Positions 28,676-38,680 are shown, counted from the first letter of the stretch. The stretch is 64,000 bases of DNA from Candidatus Woesearchaeota archaeon (GCA_043803105.1 JAZDKJ010000002.1:32001-96000), one strand, 5' to 3'. The notes: generated by a model not told the origin, from the letters alone. A program made the numbers and translations.

Positions 28676-29929
28676 ATGACCTCAGTTTTTATCAAGACTT
28701 TCGGTTGCAGCCTTAACCAGGCAGATTCAGAGATAATGACCGGAATCCTGCAAAAGGCTGGCTTTGAAATTGTTTCTGAACCAAGCAACGCAGACTGCAT
28801 TATAATCAATTCATGTGCTGTTAAGGCCAAGACCCAGCAAAAATTCTTTAGCTATCTCGCAGAGATAAAGAAGCTCAACAAGCAAATAATTGTTGCCGGC
28901 TGCATTCCCCAGGCAACTCCTGAGCTTGTTGATAGTTGTTCTCTGGTCGGGCCTCAAAATATCCACAATATTGCTGCTGCGGTGCAAAGGACCTTGCGAG
29001 GAGAGAGAGTGCGCTACCTCATCCCTGAAGAACTTGACAAGCTAAGCCTTCCTAGCATCAGAAAAAACCCCCTTATCAAGATTATTCCGATTGCCGAAGG
29101 TTGTCCCGGAGCCTGCAGTTACTGCTGTGTGAAGAGAGCTCGAGGCAATTTGGTTTCAAATCCGCCAGACCAAATTGTCAAAACAGCAAAAAATGCCTTG
29201 AAGGACGGTGTTCGTGAGATCTGGCTTGCCGCCCAGGATACAGGTTGCTATGGTAAGGATATAAAGACAAATCTCCCGAATCTCCTTGGGCAGATTTCTT
29301 CAATAGAAGGAGAATTCTTCGCAAGGGTTGGAATGATGAATCCAAACCATTTGACAGAGTTTCTTGATGAGTTGATTGAGGCTTACAAGAGTGACAAGGT
29401 CTTCAAGTTTATCCATATTCCGGTGCAGTCTGGAAATGATAAGGTTCTGAAAAGAATGAACCGGTATTATAGTGTGAAGGATTTTCGGTCAGTTGTTGGA
29501 GAGTTGAAAAAACGCGTTCCACACCTCACTCTGGCCACAGATATTATTTGTGGTTTTCCAGGCGAGACTCATTTGCAGTTTCAGGATTCCTTGAGTTTAA
29601 TCAAGGAAGTAAAGCCTGATGTACTGAACATCTCAAGGTTCGGGAAAAGGCCCCACACCCTCGCTGCCTCTATGCAAGAGCTGCCTTCTGAAGAAACAAA
29701 GAGAAGAAGCGCCTTGATGACATTTGAGTGGAAGAAAATTGCTTTGGAGAATAATAACAGATGGATTGGTTGGAAGGGCAAGGTTACTGTGGATGAGAAA
29801 GGCAAGGGTAATTCCTGGGTTGCAAGGAATTTTGCCTACAAGCCTATTATCTTGCAAGGCAATCATTTCTTGGGAGAAAGGGTCACAACAAAAATAGTGT
29901 CAGTCACAGCAAACGACCTTCGTTCATAA
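28676..29929 (+). CDS. mtaB: tRNA methylthiotransferase (MtaB/e-MtaB type radical SAM)
   Basis: TFGCSLN..DSE, NSCAVK, GCPGACSYC, DIICGFPGET, C-terminal TRAM. Confidence 0.9.
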   Translation: MTSVFIKTFGCSLNQADSEIMTGILQKAGFEIVSEPSNADCIIINSCAVKAKTQQKFFSYLAEIKKLNKQIIVAGCIPQATPELVDSCSLVGPQNIHNIAAAVQRTLRGERVRYLIPEELDKLSLPSIRKNPLIKIIPIAEGCPGACSYCCVKRARGNLVSNPPDQIVKTAKNALKDGVREIWLAAQDTGCYGKDIKTNLPNLLGQISSIEGEFFARVGMMNPNHLTEFLDELIEAYKSDKVFKFIHIPVQSGNDKVLKRMNRYYSVKDFRSVVGELKKRVPHLTLATDIICGFPGETHLQFQDSLSLIKEVKPDVLNISRFGKRPHTLAASMQELPSEETKRRSALMTFEWKKIALENNNRWIGWKGKVTVDEKGKGNSWVARNFAYKPIILQGNHFLGERVTTKIVSVTANDLRS

Positions 29930-29930
29930 A

Positions 29931-30012
29931 AATCATATATCATCATACTTCATCATACAATCAAAAGCTTTAAATATAACCACCTCCTGCGACATCATAC
30001 TTTATCATACAA
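29931..30012 (+). promoter_or_regulatory. 10-bp-phased ATCATAC direct repeats bracketing a TATA box
   Basis: AATCATATAT-CATCATACTT-CATCATACAA (29931-29960), TTTAAATA, CATCATACTT-TATCATACAA (29993-30012). Confidence 0.75.
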
Positions 30013-30023
30013 CCGGGGTTAAT

Positions 30024-30860
30024 ATGAAGGAACGCGTCACTGTAACACTTGAGGCCGATATTCTCCAGCATATAGACAAGATGATTGACGGCACCCAAAT
30101 CAAGAACAGGAGTCATGCTGTAGAGCTACTGCTTGTCAGGGCTTTAGGAGCACACGTTCCCAAGAAGGCTGTTATTCTTGCCGGAGGCGAGGGGACAAGG
30201 CTTAGGCCTCTGACTTATGAGATACCAAAAGCCCTGATTCCAGTTCATGACCGCACTCTTACAGAGCATCTCTTTGACCTTTTGAAGAAGTATGGTATCA
30301 CAGACATTACACTCGCCGTGGGCCATATGAGGGACAAGATTATGCGCTTCTACGGCGACGGAACACGATTCGGGATAAAGCTTGCTTACATTGAGGAGGA
30401 CACCCCGCTCGGAACAGCAGGCCCTCTCAGGCTGGCAAAAGACGATTTCAAAGATTCTTTCATTGTTTCAAACGGGGATGAGCTCAAGAACATCAACATT
30501 GAAGAGATGTACAAGGTGCATAAGCAAAACAATGCCCTGGCAACCATTGCCCTTACCACAGTAGATGATCCATCGCAGTATGGTGTTGCACGCCTCGACG
30601 GAGCCAGGATTCTTGAATTCGTTGAAAAGCCCTCAAAAGAAGATGCTCCCTCAAACCTTATCAATTCTGGATTTTATATCATTGAACCTGAAGTTATAGA
30701 CCTGATACCCAAGGGCAAGGCCATGTTTGAGACTGATGTCTTTCCAAAGCTTGCCAAGCGCGGAAAGCTCTTTGGCTATCCATTTTCTGGGCAATGGTTT
30801 GACACTGGTAACATTGAGCGTTACGAGAAAGCAATAAAGAACTGGAAGGACCTAAAATGA
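30024..30860 (+). CDS. ribbon-helix-helix domain fused to sugar-phosphate nucleotidyltransferase (GMPP-like)
   Basis: MKERVTVTLE...NRSHAVELLL RHH; LAGGEGTRLRPLT..PKAL, PLGTAG, NGD, FVEKP, WFDTG. Confidence 0.9.
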   Translation: MKERVTVTLEADILQHIDKMIDGTQIKNRSHAVELLLVRALGAHVPKKAVILAGGEGTRLRPLTYEIPKALIPVHDRTLTEHLFDLLKKYGITDITLAVGHMRDKIMRFYGDGTRFGIKLAYIEEDTPLGTAGPLRLAKDDFKDSFIVSNGDELKNINIEEMYKVHKQNNALATIALTTVDDPSQYGVARLDGARILEFVEKPSKEDAPSNLINSGFYIIEPEVIDLIPKGKAMFETDVFPKLAKRGKLFGYPFSGQWFDTGNIERYEKAIKNWKDLK

Positions 30861-31243
30861 TGAGTGGGTTGGTTTGCGATGAAAACAATCCGTCAAAGAT
30901 TGTCGACAAACCATGGGGAAGAGAGCTTTGGCTTGAGGTAAATCCCTTTTACGTATTGAAAATTCTCGAGGTCAAGAAGGGCTGTGCCTTCTCGCTCCAG
31001 TACCACCGTGAGAAGCATGAGACCTGGTATTTCCTCGAAGGCTCTGCAGAGGTTGTGCACGGTGATTCTTCAATTATAGCTACAAAAGGCAGAATCATTG
31101 TTGTGCCGCCCCATACAATCCATAGGATTACTGCAAAGGAATTCACAAGGTTTGTCGAGGTTTCCACTCCGCAATTGACTGATGTAGTCAGATTGGCAGA
31201 CGATTACGGCAGGCCGAGCGAGGATTTGGCAGATAGCATCTAG
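30857..31243 (+). CDS. cupin, mannose-6-phosphate isomerase-like
   Basis: DKPWG, SLQYH..KHETW, HRI, EVSTP, DVVRLADDYGR. Confidence 0.85.
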   Translation: MMSGLVCDENNPSKIVDKPWGRELWLEVNPFYVLKILEVKKGCAFSLQYHREKHETWYFLEGSAEVVHGDSSIIATKGRIIVVPPHTIHRITAKEFTRFVEVSTPQLTDVVRLADDYGRPSEDLADSI

Positions 31244-31310
31244 GGCTTAGAGCCCATTGATTAGGATGATTTAACGACTTAGAGGTATCCATGCAAAGAG
31301 GTGTTATAAA

Positions 31311-31592
31311 ATGATTGAAATACCAAAGCCATGGGGCAAGAAGACCTTGCTCTTGAACAACCATCATTATTGTCTGAAGTTGATCGAACTGGACAAGGAG
31401 GCTGTGCTTCCCTTAAAATGGAACGAGAGAAAGCACGAGACCCTCTATGTGGTGGACGGAAAGGTTCATGTGAGAAAGCATGGTGACTCCTTCATTGCTG
31501 AGAAAGGCCGTGTGATAGACATACCTCCTGGAACCCTGCATACACTTACAGCCCTTGAGTTCACTAGACTATTTGATGTCTCAACACCATAG
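31311..31592 (+). CDS. cupin paralogue (shorter, degenerate)
   Basis: KPWG, KHETLY, PPGTLH, DVSTP; GAGGTG RBS. Confidence 0.75.
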   Translation: MIEIPKPWGKKTLLLNNHHYCLKLIELDKEAVLPLKWNERKHETLYVVDGKVHVRKHGDSFIAEKGRVIDIPPGTLHTLTALEFTRLFDVSTP

Positions 31593-31627
31593 CAAAATTT
31601 TTAAGTGAACCGATTTAACCTTTCACA

Positions 31628-32986
31628 ATGCTAGAACCGTCAATTTTCAAGGCTTATGACATAAGAGGCGTTTTCGGCAAGGATTTTGACGAGCAATTTG
31701 CCTACAAGCTTGGCCTCGCATTTCCAGGACTTCTCAGGGAAAAAGAGAAGAAAGCCCTGACTGTTGTGGTGGGCTCTGATATGAGACTCTCCTCTCCAGT
31801 CCTCAAGAGGCATCTCATTGACGGCCTCCTCGACGCTGGTGTTGATGTTGTTGACATCGGTCTTTCACCCACACCCACTTTCTATTTTGCTGTTGCGCAC
31901 TACAAGTATGATGGTGGTATCCTTGTCTCTGCCTCTCACAATCCAAAGGAGTATAACGGGTTCAAGCTTGTCCGCGCCCGGGCCTTGCCAGTGAGCAGGG
32001 ACAGCGGCATGTTTGCATTGCGAGATGTAGTTCTTGCAGGTCAGTTCAAAAAGAGTCCTATCAAAGGCAATCTTTCAAGGAAGGATGACGTTGTCAAGGA
32101 CCAGGTTGTGCATGAGCTCTCCTTTGTGAACGCAAAGAAAATACAGCCTTTCAAGATAGTTATTGACTCCGCCAATTCAATGGGTGCTGTATATTTCGAC
32201 GAGCTGTTCAAGAGCATACCGTGTAAGCTTGTCAGGATGAACTGGGATCTTGACGGAACATTTCCTTCCCACGAGCCAGACCCTCTGAAAGTTGAGAACC
32301 TAAAATCCCTTGCTGAGCGGGTGGTAAAAGAGAAAGCCGACCTCGGTATTGCAACAGATGGCGACGCTGACCGCATTTTCTATGTTGACAATGCTGGAAT
32401 TCCTGTCGAACCTGGCATCATCAGGGCAATACTGTCCAAATTATTTCTGGCTGACAAGCCTGGCGCAAAGATTGTCTATGACATTCGCCCTGGCAAGATC
32501 ACCCCAGAAACTATTCTCAATTCAGGAGGCATCCCAATCATTACTGCTGTGGGCCACTCCCTCATAAAGGAGCGCACCATAAAGGAGAAGGCATACTTTG
32601 CCGGCGAGTCATCAGGCCATTTTTTCCTAAACATGGATGAAGGCTGTTATGAAGTGCCTATGCTCGTTACCTTGAAGATTCTCCAGGACCTGTCTTCTTT
32701 CGGCCACAGCTTTGCATCTTATGTTTTGCCTTACAAGAAATACTTCCATTCTGGAGAGATTAATTTTGTTGTGAGCGACAAGGATGCTAAGATCCGCGAG
32801 ATACGTGAGCGCTACAGTGACGCAAAGCAGTTGGACATTGATGGCATTACTATTGAGTACAAAGATTATTGGTTCAATGTTCGCGCGTCAAACACCGAGC
32901 CTCTCTTGCGCTTGAATCTCGAGGCCATTAGCAAGGACCTCATGCAGCAAAAAACAGAAGAACTAAAGAAACTTATTCAGTCATGA
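31628..32986 (+). CDS. manB: phosphomannomutase/phosphoglucomutase
   Basis: FKAYDIRG, SASHNP, DGDADR, GESSGH, RASNTEP. Confidence 0.95.
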   Translation: MLEPSIFKAYDIRGVFGKDFDEQFAYKLGLAFPGLLREKEKKALTVVVGSDMRLSSPVLKRHLIDGLLDAGVDVVDIGLSPTPTFYFAVAHYKYDGGILVSASHNPKEYNGFKLVRARALPVSRDSGMFALRDVVLAGQFKKSPIKGNLSRKDDVVKDQVVHELSFVNAKKIQPFKIVIDSANSMGAVYFDELFKSIPCKLVRMNWDLDGTFPSHEPDPLKVENLKSLAERVVKEKADLGIATDGDADRIFYVDNAGIPVEPGIIRAILSKLFLADKPGAKIVYDIRPGKITPETILNSGGIPIITAVGHSLIKERTIKEKAYFAGESSGHFFLNMDEGCYEVPMLVTLKILQDLSSFGHSFASYVLPYKKYFHSGEINFVVSDKDAKIREIRERYSDAKQLDIDGITIEYKDYWFNVRASNTEPLLRLNLEAISKDLMQQKTEELKKLIQS

Positions 32987-33321
32987 TGCTTACATGATCG
33001 TTGTTTCTCCCTCAACTTTCTCTCTTCCTTCATCTTCTCTCTAAACTCCCTTTCCCTATCTGCCTTGATCTTTTCTCTCTCAATGTTAAGCATTCGAAGG
33101 TTGAACTCTTTGGTTGATTCCTTCACAAGCTGCTTTTGGTTAGAAATCCAATTGATGTCTTCATTAGAGATTCCTGAAGTATAGGTTGTCCATTTGCCGT
33201 CAGTTTGCATCGTCGGGAAGATCTGGCTGGCAGTTTGTGTCTTCGGCCCGAAAGCCAAAACAAATGAAACAGCTAAACAAAGAAAAAAAACAATAATAAA
33301 AAACCAAACCAACGCTTTCAT
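32977..33321 (-). CDS. hypothetical membrane-anchored protein
   Basis: N-terminal hydrophobic helix, charged C-terminal helix. Confidence 0.6.
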   Translation of the reverse strand: MKALVWFFIIVFFLCLAVSFVLAFGPKTQTASQIFPTMQTDGKWTTYTSGISNEDINWISNQKQLVKESTKEFNLRMLNIEREKIKADREREFREKMKEERKLREKQRSCKHHD

Positions 33322-33328
33322 ATTGCAA

Positions 33329-34426
33329 TTATCTGCTCTTTCTTGCCTGCTTCAAAAGCTGGTAGCATGCAATGGACATTGCACCTGTCCCGATTATTAT
33401 CAATATCACGTTCAAGACAGCCCCCACAATGGGAATTGCGAGAAACGCATAGATTATGAGCAGTGATATCCCTGCAGTCAACACCATTGGCCATGGTCTC
33501 TCAGCGCCAGCAGTGCTTGAAAGCCAATATGCTGTAGCCAATTTTGAGATGTAAATCAGCACAATGTACGAAAACAAAAGGATTACTGCCAAGGGTATTC
33601 CGATAACTGTCACCAAGAAAAGTATCATCGCTATCGGCGCGAGTATAAGCACCAACATTCCTATTCCCACACTAGCCCAGAACTTTCCTGAGACTGTCTT
33701 TCCAACCATCCTCGCATATTTTGGCATTATCAGTATGATCAGGCTGCCCACTATGAACAATGCGACAAAGGCCAATATCCTTCCTGCAAGAGAAGTCCTA
33801 AAGCTTGCAGCCCTGCTGGGCAATACTTGCTTGAATATCTGCCCATTTACAGTCAGCTTGCTCGTGTCCACTGAGTTTCTGCTTGCATAGGTTAAGTCAC
33901 CTTCTACTGTCCCTTTCTCAAGAATTATTTTGTTCCCTGTCAGGAATGCGCTCTTGCCCACAATGCCACCGAACACAATCGTTCCAGCCTTGATGTTTGC
34001 GTTTCCCACTGTTGTTCCAAGGTACTCAACATTTCCTCCCATTATCAGCAAGTCTCCTCCAACAACAGCAGAATCAAGTATTCTCACATTGCCGCCTGCA
34101 ATTATCAGGTCTCCTGTGATCTTGGCGCTGATTTCAACATTGCCGGCGAGAATCTTGACATTGTCGCTTACTTGTTTGCTTATTGAGATTGTCCCGGCCG
34201 CGCATGTGATATCATCTTTTACTGAACCGTCGATGATTACCATGCCTCCTGCGCACGTTAAGTCCCCTTCAATATTGCTTGATATCCTCAGGTCCTGGCC
34301 AGTGACAATCGCATTGTCCTGCACAGCCTGGTCTATTATCACGCGTTGGCCGGTGAAGCTCTTGATTGCAAATGCTGATGATGACAGCATAATCAATAGA
34401 AGTATTATTAGGAACACTCTTTTCAA
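33329..34426 (-). CDS. membrane protein with bactofilin-like (polymer-forming) beta-solenoid and C-terminal TM helices
   Basis: Signal peptide, repeated GD(L/I)xxAGGxVxI units, hydrophobic C-terminus; GGAGGTG RBS before TTG. Confidence 0.8.
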   Translation of the reverse strand: MKRVFLIILLLIMLSSSAFAIKSFTGQRVIIDQAVQDNAIVTGQDLRISSNIEGDLTCAGGMVIIDGSVKDDITCAAGTISISKQVSDNVKILAGNVEISAKITGDLIIAGGNVRILDSAVVGGDLLIMGGNVEYLGTTVGNANIKAGTIVFGGIVGKSAFLTGNKIILEKGTVEGDLTYASRNSVDTSKLTVNGQIFKQVLPSRAASFRTSLAGRILAFVALFIVGSLIILIMPKYARMVGKTVSGKFWASVGIGMLVLILAPIAMILFLVTVIGIPLAVILLFSYIVLIYISKLATAYWLSSTAGAERPWPMVLTAGISLLIIYAFLAIPIVGAVLNVILIIIGTGAMSIACYQLLKQARKSR

Positions 34427-34578
34427 GTTTCCACCTCCTAGTAAAAATCATGTGCTACTACTATAATAATATTTGTACAACACAAAATAGCAATTCGAGA
34501 GATAGTTTTCGCACTTGCCTCATTTTCAGTCGAAAAATATGGATTAAATTTATAAAGCGTCTGCTGTTCCTCCTGACC

Positions 34579-35832
34579 ATGGCAAAGAAAGCGAAGCACG
34601 ACGATAATGTCACCTCCAGCCAGCCTGAGATAAACATAGGGCTTGTCGGGCATGTTGACCACGGCAAGACCACCCTGACTGAGAAGTTCTCAGGAAAATG
34701 GACTGATACGCATTCTGAAGAGCTCAAGAGGGGCATAACGATCCGCCTTGGTTACGCAGACGCAATCTTTCGCAAGTGCGTCAAGTGCGATGAGTACACT
34801 GTGAAGGAAAAATGCGAGGTTTGCGGTTCTGAGACCGTGCCCGTAAGGAAAGTGAGCTTTGTTGACGCCCCTGGCCACGAATCTCTTATGGCCACAATGT
34901 TGTCAGGCGCTACCATCATGGACGGAGCTTACCTTCTTATTGCAGCAAACGAGGACTGCCCGCAACCACAGACAAGGGAGCATCTGATGGCCCTTAACAT
35001 CATCGGGATAAAGAATGTTATAATAATCCAGAACAAGGTTGACATGGTAGATGACAAGGAGGCGATGGCTAATTACAAGCAGATTAAGGAATTCCTTAAG
35101 GGCACCAACTATGAGAGCGCGCCTATAGTGCCAGTCTCAGCCCGTTACGGAGTCAATATTGGCGCGATCATTGAGGCAACACAGCAGTTTATTCCCACTC
35201 CCAAAAGAGATCCTGACAAGAACCCAATCCTTTTGGTTGCACGAAGCTTTGATATCAACAAGCCAGGTATCGACGGTACCAAGATTGTAGGTGGTGTTCT
35301 TGGCGGCGCCCTGATGCAAGGCACCTTAAAGGTAGGCGACCAGATAGAGTTGCGTCCAGGCCATGAGATTGAGCACCGCAACCAGAAAGTCTATGAGCCC
35401 TTGACCACAAAGGTTGTGGGGTTAATGACTGGCAACCTGAAGGTTGAACAGATTTTCCCGGGAGGATCTGTCGGTGTGCTTACGTCTCTTGACCCCTCTG
35501 TTGCAAAATCAGATTTTCTTACAGGCTCGGTTGCAGGTTTGCCTGACTTGCTTCCGGCCACAAGGCACAACCTTTTGCTTGAGATAAACCTCCTACAGCG
35601 CGTTGTGGGAGCAAAAGATGATCTTCTTGTCGAGCAGATAAAGCTTGGCGAGACACTGATGCTCAATGTGAATGCAGCAGCTACTGTTGGCATAGTAAAG
35701 ACCCTGAAAAAAGAGCTTATCGAGTTCTCACTGAAGCTTCCTGTCTGCGCTGACCCGGGTGCCAGGGTTACCTTGTCAAGAAGGATTGACAACCGCTGGC
35801 GGCTTATCGGTTACGGCATTATCAGGGAATGA
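34579..35832 (+). CDS. eif2g: translation initiation factor 2 gamma subunit
   Basis: GHVDHGKT, RGITIRLGY, DAPGH, NKVD, RWRLIGYG; start moved to ATG 34579. Confidence 0.98.
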   Translation: MAKKAKHDDNVTSSQPEINIGLVGHVDHGKTTLTEKFSGKWTDTHSEELKRGITIRLGYADAIFRKCVKCDEYTVKEKCEVCGSETVPVRKVSFVDAPGHESLMATMLSGATIMDGAYLLIAANEDCPQPQTREHLMALNIIGIKNVIIIQNKVDMVDDKEAMANYKQIKEFLKGTNYESAPIVPVSARYGVNIGAIIEATQQFIPTPKRDPDKNPILLVARSFDINKPGIDGTKIVGGVLGGALMQGTLKVGDQIELRPGHEIEHRNQKVYEPLTTKVVGLMTGNLKVEQIFPGGSVGVLTSLDPSVAKSDFLTGSVAGLPDLLPATRHNLLLEINLLQRVVGAKDDLLVEQIKLGETLMLNVNAAATVGIVKTLKKELIEFSLKLPVCADPGARVTLSRRIDNRWRLIGYGIIRE

Positions 35833-35924
35833 ATGAACATTCCTTTCTTTTTAACCGCTAAGAGCAAGAAAGTTTTATCCTGCAGTATTAACAGTTCTTC
35901 AGGACGTGTTGCTGGTGCGTAGAC

Positions 35925-36113
35925 TTAATCGCTCCATCCCATCAGGATGAATATGAGGCCAATAACTGCTATTATCAGTCCCAAGCCTCCCTTTACTATG
36001 TCCCACAAGAAAGTCCACCAGTTTAAAGGTGGGAGATATGTCCAGATTCCGACCAGAATCAATATGAGTCCTAAAACAATCTTTGCAAATTTGCCAGCGT
36101 AGCCTTTTGCCAT
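35925..36113 (-). CDS. small two-TM membrane protein
   Basis: 62 aa with two hydrophobic helices; GGGGG RBS. Confidence 0.65.
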   Translation of the reverse strand: MAKGYAGKFAKIVLGLILILVGIWTYLPPLNWWTFLWDIVKGGLGLIIAVIGLIFILMGWSD

Positions 36114-36206
36114 TTTATCCCCCCATTTTGTTTATTATCATAGCTTATGAAGCGCAGCTTTTAAATTTTTCTAACTTTGCTCGCTCTGGAAGAGCGCACC
36201 ATTGAT

Positions 36207-36713
36207 TTAGTCCAACATCTTTTTTCCGTCAGCAGCAAATGTTGTCTCATCATACGCTTTTCCAAACTCTCCTGAGAAATCATACGCCGCCTGCCTGCAT
36301 CTTGCGCAATATGAATCTATGGGAAGGTATTCGTTGCTCACGATTCGCTCGCCGTGAGCCAATTTTCTCCCGATGAACAGTACTGCAGTCCCGACCTCTT
36401 CTCCCGTCATGAAATCCTGTACTGCGACCTCTTTTGTGTAATATATCTTTTCCCTTATCTTAAGCTTCTCATACTCAGCCTCTGTTGCGTCAAACATTGC
36501 AGCATTAAGCTTCGCACCTGGCTGTTCCTCTACGTTTAGAATTGCCACATGGTTGTCTTGTTCCCTGACTTTGTACATCTTGAGAAGTCCTGATTTGATA
36601 TTGCAGATCCTTCGGTAGCCCTGTACCCATATCAGTTTTACCTTTTTTGCGGAGACTGTCTTTTGCAGCGATTCTGGAATCATCAAGCTTCCGTAACCAA
36701 TGACGTTAATCAT
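36207..36713 (-). CDS. gamma-glutamylcyclotransferase-like protein
   Basis: IGYGSL, GYRR, LKIRE..Y. Confidence 0.8.
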   Translation of the reverse strand: MINVIGYGSLMIPESLQKTVSAKKVKLIWVQGYRRICNIKSGLLKMYKVREQDNHVAILNVEEQPGAKLNAAMFDATEAEYEKLKIREKIYYTKEVAVQDFMTGEEVGTAVLFIGRKLAHGERIVSNEYLPIDSYCARCRQAAYDFSGEFGKAYDETTFAADGKKMLD

Positions 36714-37110
36714 TTTTTATTGCATTCTTTTCGCACACAAAAGCGCAATAATGGTCGCCTTGGCATTTGCTCTTGTTCTTTATCTGCACAAAGAATTTTC
36801 CGCTCTGCTCTGTTATTATAAGGTTGTGTTCGGGGCACACTGCAACGCATTTTTCGCACCCGTCGCATTCGCTTGCTAGCACTCCTGATACTATACTTCC
36901 TGCACCTTTTATCTTGATTGCCTTTTTGCCGCAAAGCACTATGCATTGCCCGCAGTTGTCGCACTTCTCTATGTTGACTGCATCAGAGACTATCTTTCCT
37001 TTTTTGTCGACTATCTCAAACACTGCCTTGTTGCAGACCTCCACGCACTTGCCGCATGCGACGCACTTTTCCTGGTCAACCCCCTGCAGCTTAGAAGAAG
37101 CCTTGCTCAT
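36706..37110 (-). CDS. 4Fe-4S (poly)ferredoxin
   Basis: Three CxxCxxCxxxC motifs plus one variant motif. Confidence 0.85.
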   Translation of the reverse strand: MSKASSKLQGVDQEKCVACGKCVEVCNKAVFEIVDKKGKIVSDAVNIEKCDNCGQCIVLCGKKAIKIKGAGSIVSGVLASECDGCEKCVAVCPEHNLIITEQSGKFFVQIKNKSKCQGDHYCAFVCEKNAIKND

Positions 37111-37188
37111 AACTAAAAGACAAAAAATATTACTATTTAAAGTTACTGTTTAATGAAAAAGAATAAATAATTTGAGAAAGAAAAAAAT

Positions 37189-38085
37189 CTACTTGAATCC
37201 CTTTATCTTCAGCTTTTGTATGAGTTCGCTTGTCCTGTTGCGCAGCGTGACCTCAGTTATTTTCGCTGCATCAGACATCTCTAGCTGTGTTCTCTTTTCC
37301 TTGTTTAGCCTCGATGCAACGTACAGGGATGAAATCGCAATGCTGATCGGCGTCTTTCCCGACAAGAGCTGTTTCTTTTCCGCGTTCTTGATTATCTCCG
37401 CAGCCTTCACCTGAGTCTTTGGAGAAAGCTTGAGCGTTGAGCACAGTTTTGGCAGAAAATTCATCGGGTCCTGGGGCTTTGATTTTACTCCAAGCCTTGC
37501 GATTACGTATTTGTACGCCTTCATTATCTCCTTCTTGTCCACTCCAGATGAGTAGGACACTTCATAGAGGGTTTTTGGCGCCTCATAGATCTTGCACGCT
37601 GCGTATATGGATGCTGCAACTACCTTTTCTATTCCCCTTCCCCTTATTAGCCCCTTATGGACTGCAAGTGTGTATATCCTCGAAGACTCTTCGACTATTA
37701 CCCCAGAAAGTCCAAGCACTGATGTTACCCTCTTTATCTCAGATAATGCAAGATTCAGGTTTCTCTCCATGGACGTAGCTGACCTTCTCTGCCATTTTTT
37801 TAGCCTGAAGAATTTTCCCCTGTCAGCGCTCCGCATGGAGTAAATGTCAGTGGTTGAGCCTACTTCTGTAGCGATTTCAGGTGAAGAATATCTTATCGGC
37901 GCTCCTACCCTGCTTTTCTGTCCATCGTCAGAATCCTCAAATTCTCTCCATTCAGGGCCAAAGTCCACTAGTTTTTCATCTATTACGAGTCCGCAGCTCC
38001 TGCAGATTATTTCTCCTTTTTCCTTGTTCCAGAGAGGGTTTGTTACACCGCACTCAGGGCATTTGAATTTTGCAGCTTCAATCAT
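37189..38085 (-). CDS. tfb: transcription initiation factor IIB
   Basis: CPEC...CRSCG zinc ribbon, GPEWR, two cyclin repeats, TEVTLRN. Confidence 0.95.
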   Translation of the reverse strand: MIEAAKFKCPECGVTNPLWNKEKGEIICRSCGLVIDEKLVDFGPEWREFEDSDDGQKSRVGAPIRYSSPEIATEVGSTTDIYSMRSADRGKFFRLKKWQRRSATSMERNLNLALSEIKRVTSVLGLSGVIVEESSRIYTLAVHKGLIRGRGIEKVVAASIYAACKIYEAPKTLYEVSYSSGVDKKEIMKAYKYVIARLGVKSKPQDPMNFLPKLCSTLKLSPKTQVKAAEIIKNAEKKQLLSGKTPISIAISSLYVASRLNKEKRTQLEMSDAAKITEVTLRNRTSELIQKLKIKGFK

Positions 38086-38258
38086 TCTTTACCTCAGTTT
38101 AAAGGCCTGACAAGCCTATACTACCACCAGAATCTGCCTTTTTTTACCAAACACGAACCTATAAATATGTTACTACTAGCTAGTATATAAACTTTTCGTT
38201 TAATAATGATTATAGCTCACTGAAGCACGATGCAAGAATCAACAAATCGCTTAACCTA

Positions 38259-38345
38259 CTACTCGGCTCCGCAGCACCGTTTGTATGGTTCGCCTGAACC
38301 GCAAGGACACAGTTCTTCTTCTTCGGAATCCATCCAATACCCCAT
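38259..38345 (-). CDS. stand-alone SEC-C motif peptide (28 aa; not in ORF track)
   Basis: MGYWMDSEEEELCPCGSGEPYKRCCGAE; TTTATATA upstream on minus strand. Confidence 0.7.
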   Translation of the reverse strand: MGYWMDSEEEELCPCGSGEPYKRCCGAE

Positions 38346-38394
38346 ACTGTAATATGTTCCGAAAGTATATAAAGATTTGGTTTCAGAACCTGCT

Positions 38395-38559
38395 TTACTC
38401 GGCGAGCTCAACCACTTCCTTGGTGCCTCGATAACCGCACCTAAGGCATTTTGTCTGGTTCAGGTTCTGCACCTGGATGCGCCTGCCGCAGCTCATGCAC
38501 CTGATGACCTTCTTAACGCCACTAATCTTCTCAAAGACCATCTTTTTTGATTTGTTCAT
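38395..38559 (-). CDS. small zinc-ribbon protein (54 aa; not in ORF track)
   Basis: ...IRCMSCGRRIQVQNLNQTKCLRCGYRG... Confidence 0.65.
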   Translation of the reverse strand: MNKSKKMVFEKISGVKKVIRCMSCGRRIQVQNLNQTKCLRCGYRGTKEVVELAE

Positions 38560-38680
38560 AACTTGTTGCAAGATTGTCTTATATTTATTTGTTGCTTAAT
38601 CAAATTAAATCAAAGGTTTAATCAATCAAGATGATTTTTATTACGCAAATTTTATATAATCATCTAACTTACTTGAATGC

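Noticed and set aside
29931-30012. Repeats as a mini-CRISPR or replication iterons
   Set aside because: Units are only 10 bp with no spacers and no Rep/Cdc6 gene; position around the TATA box of an RHH gene fits an operator
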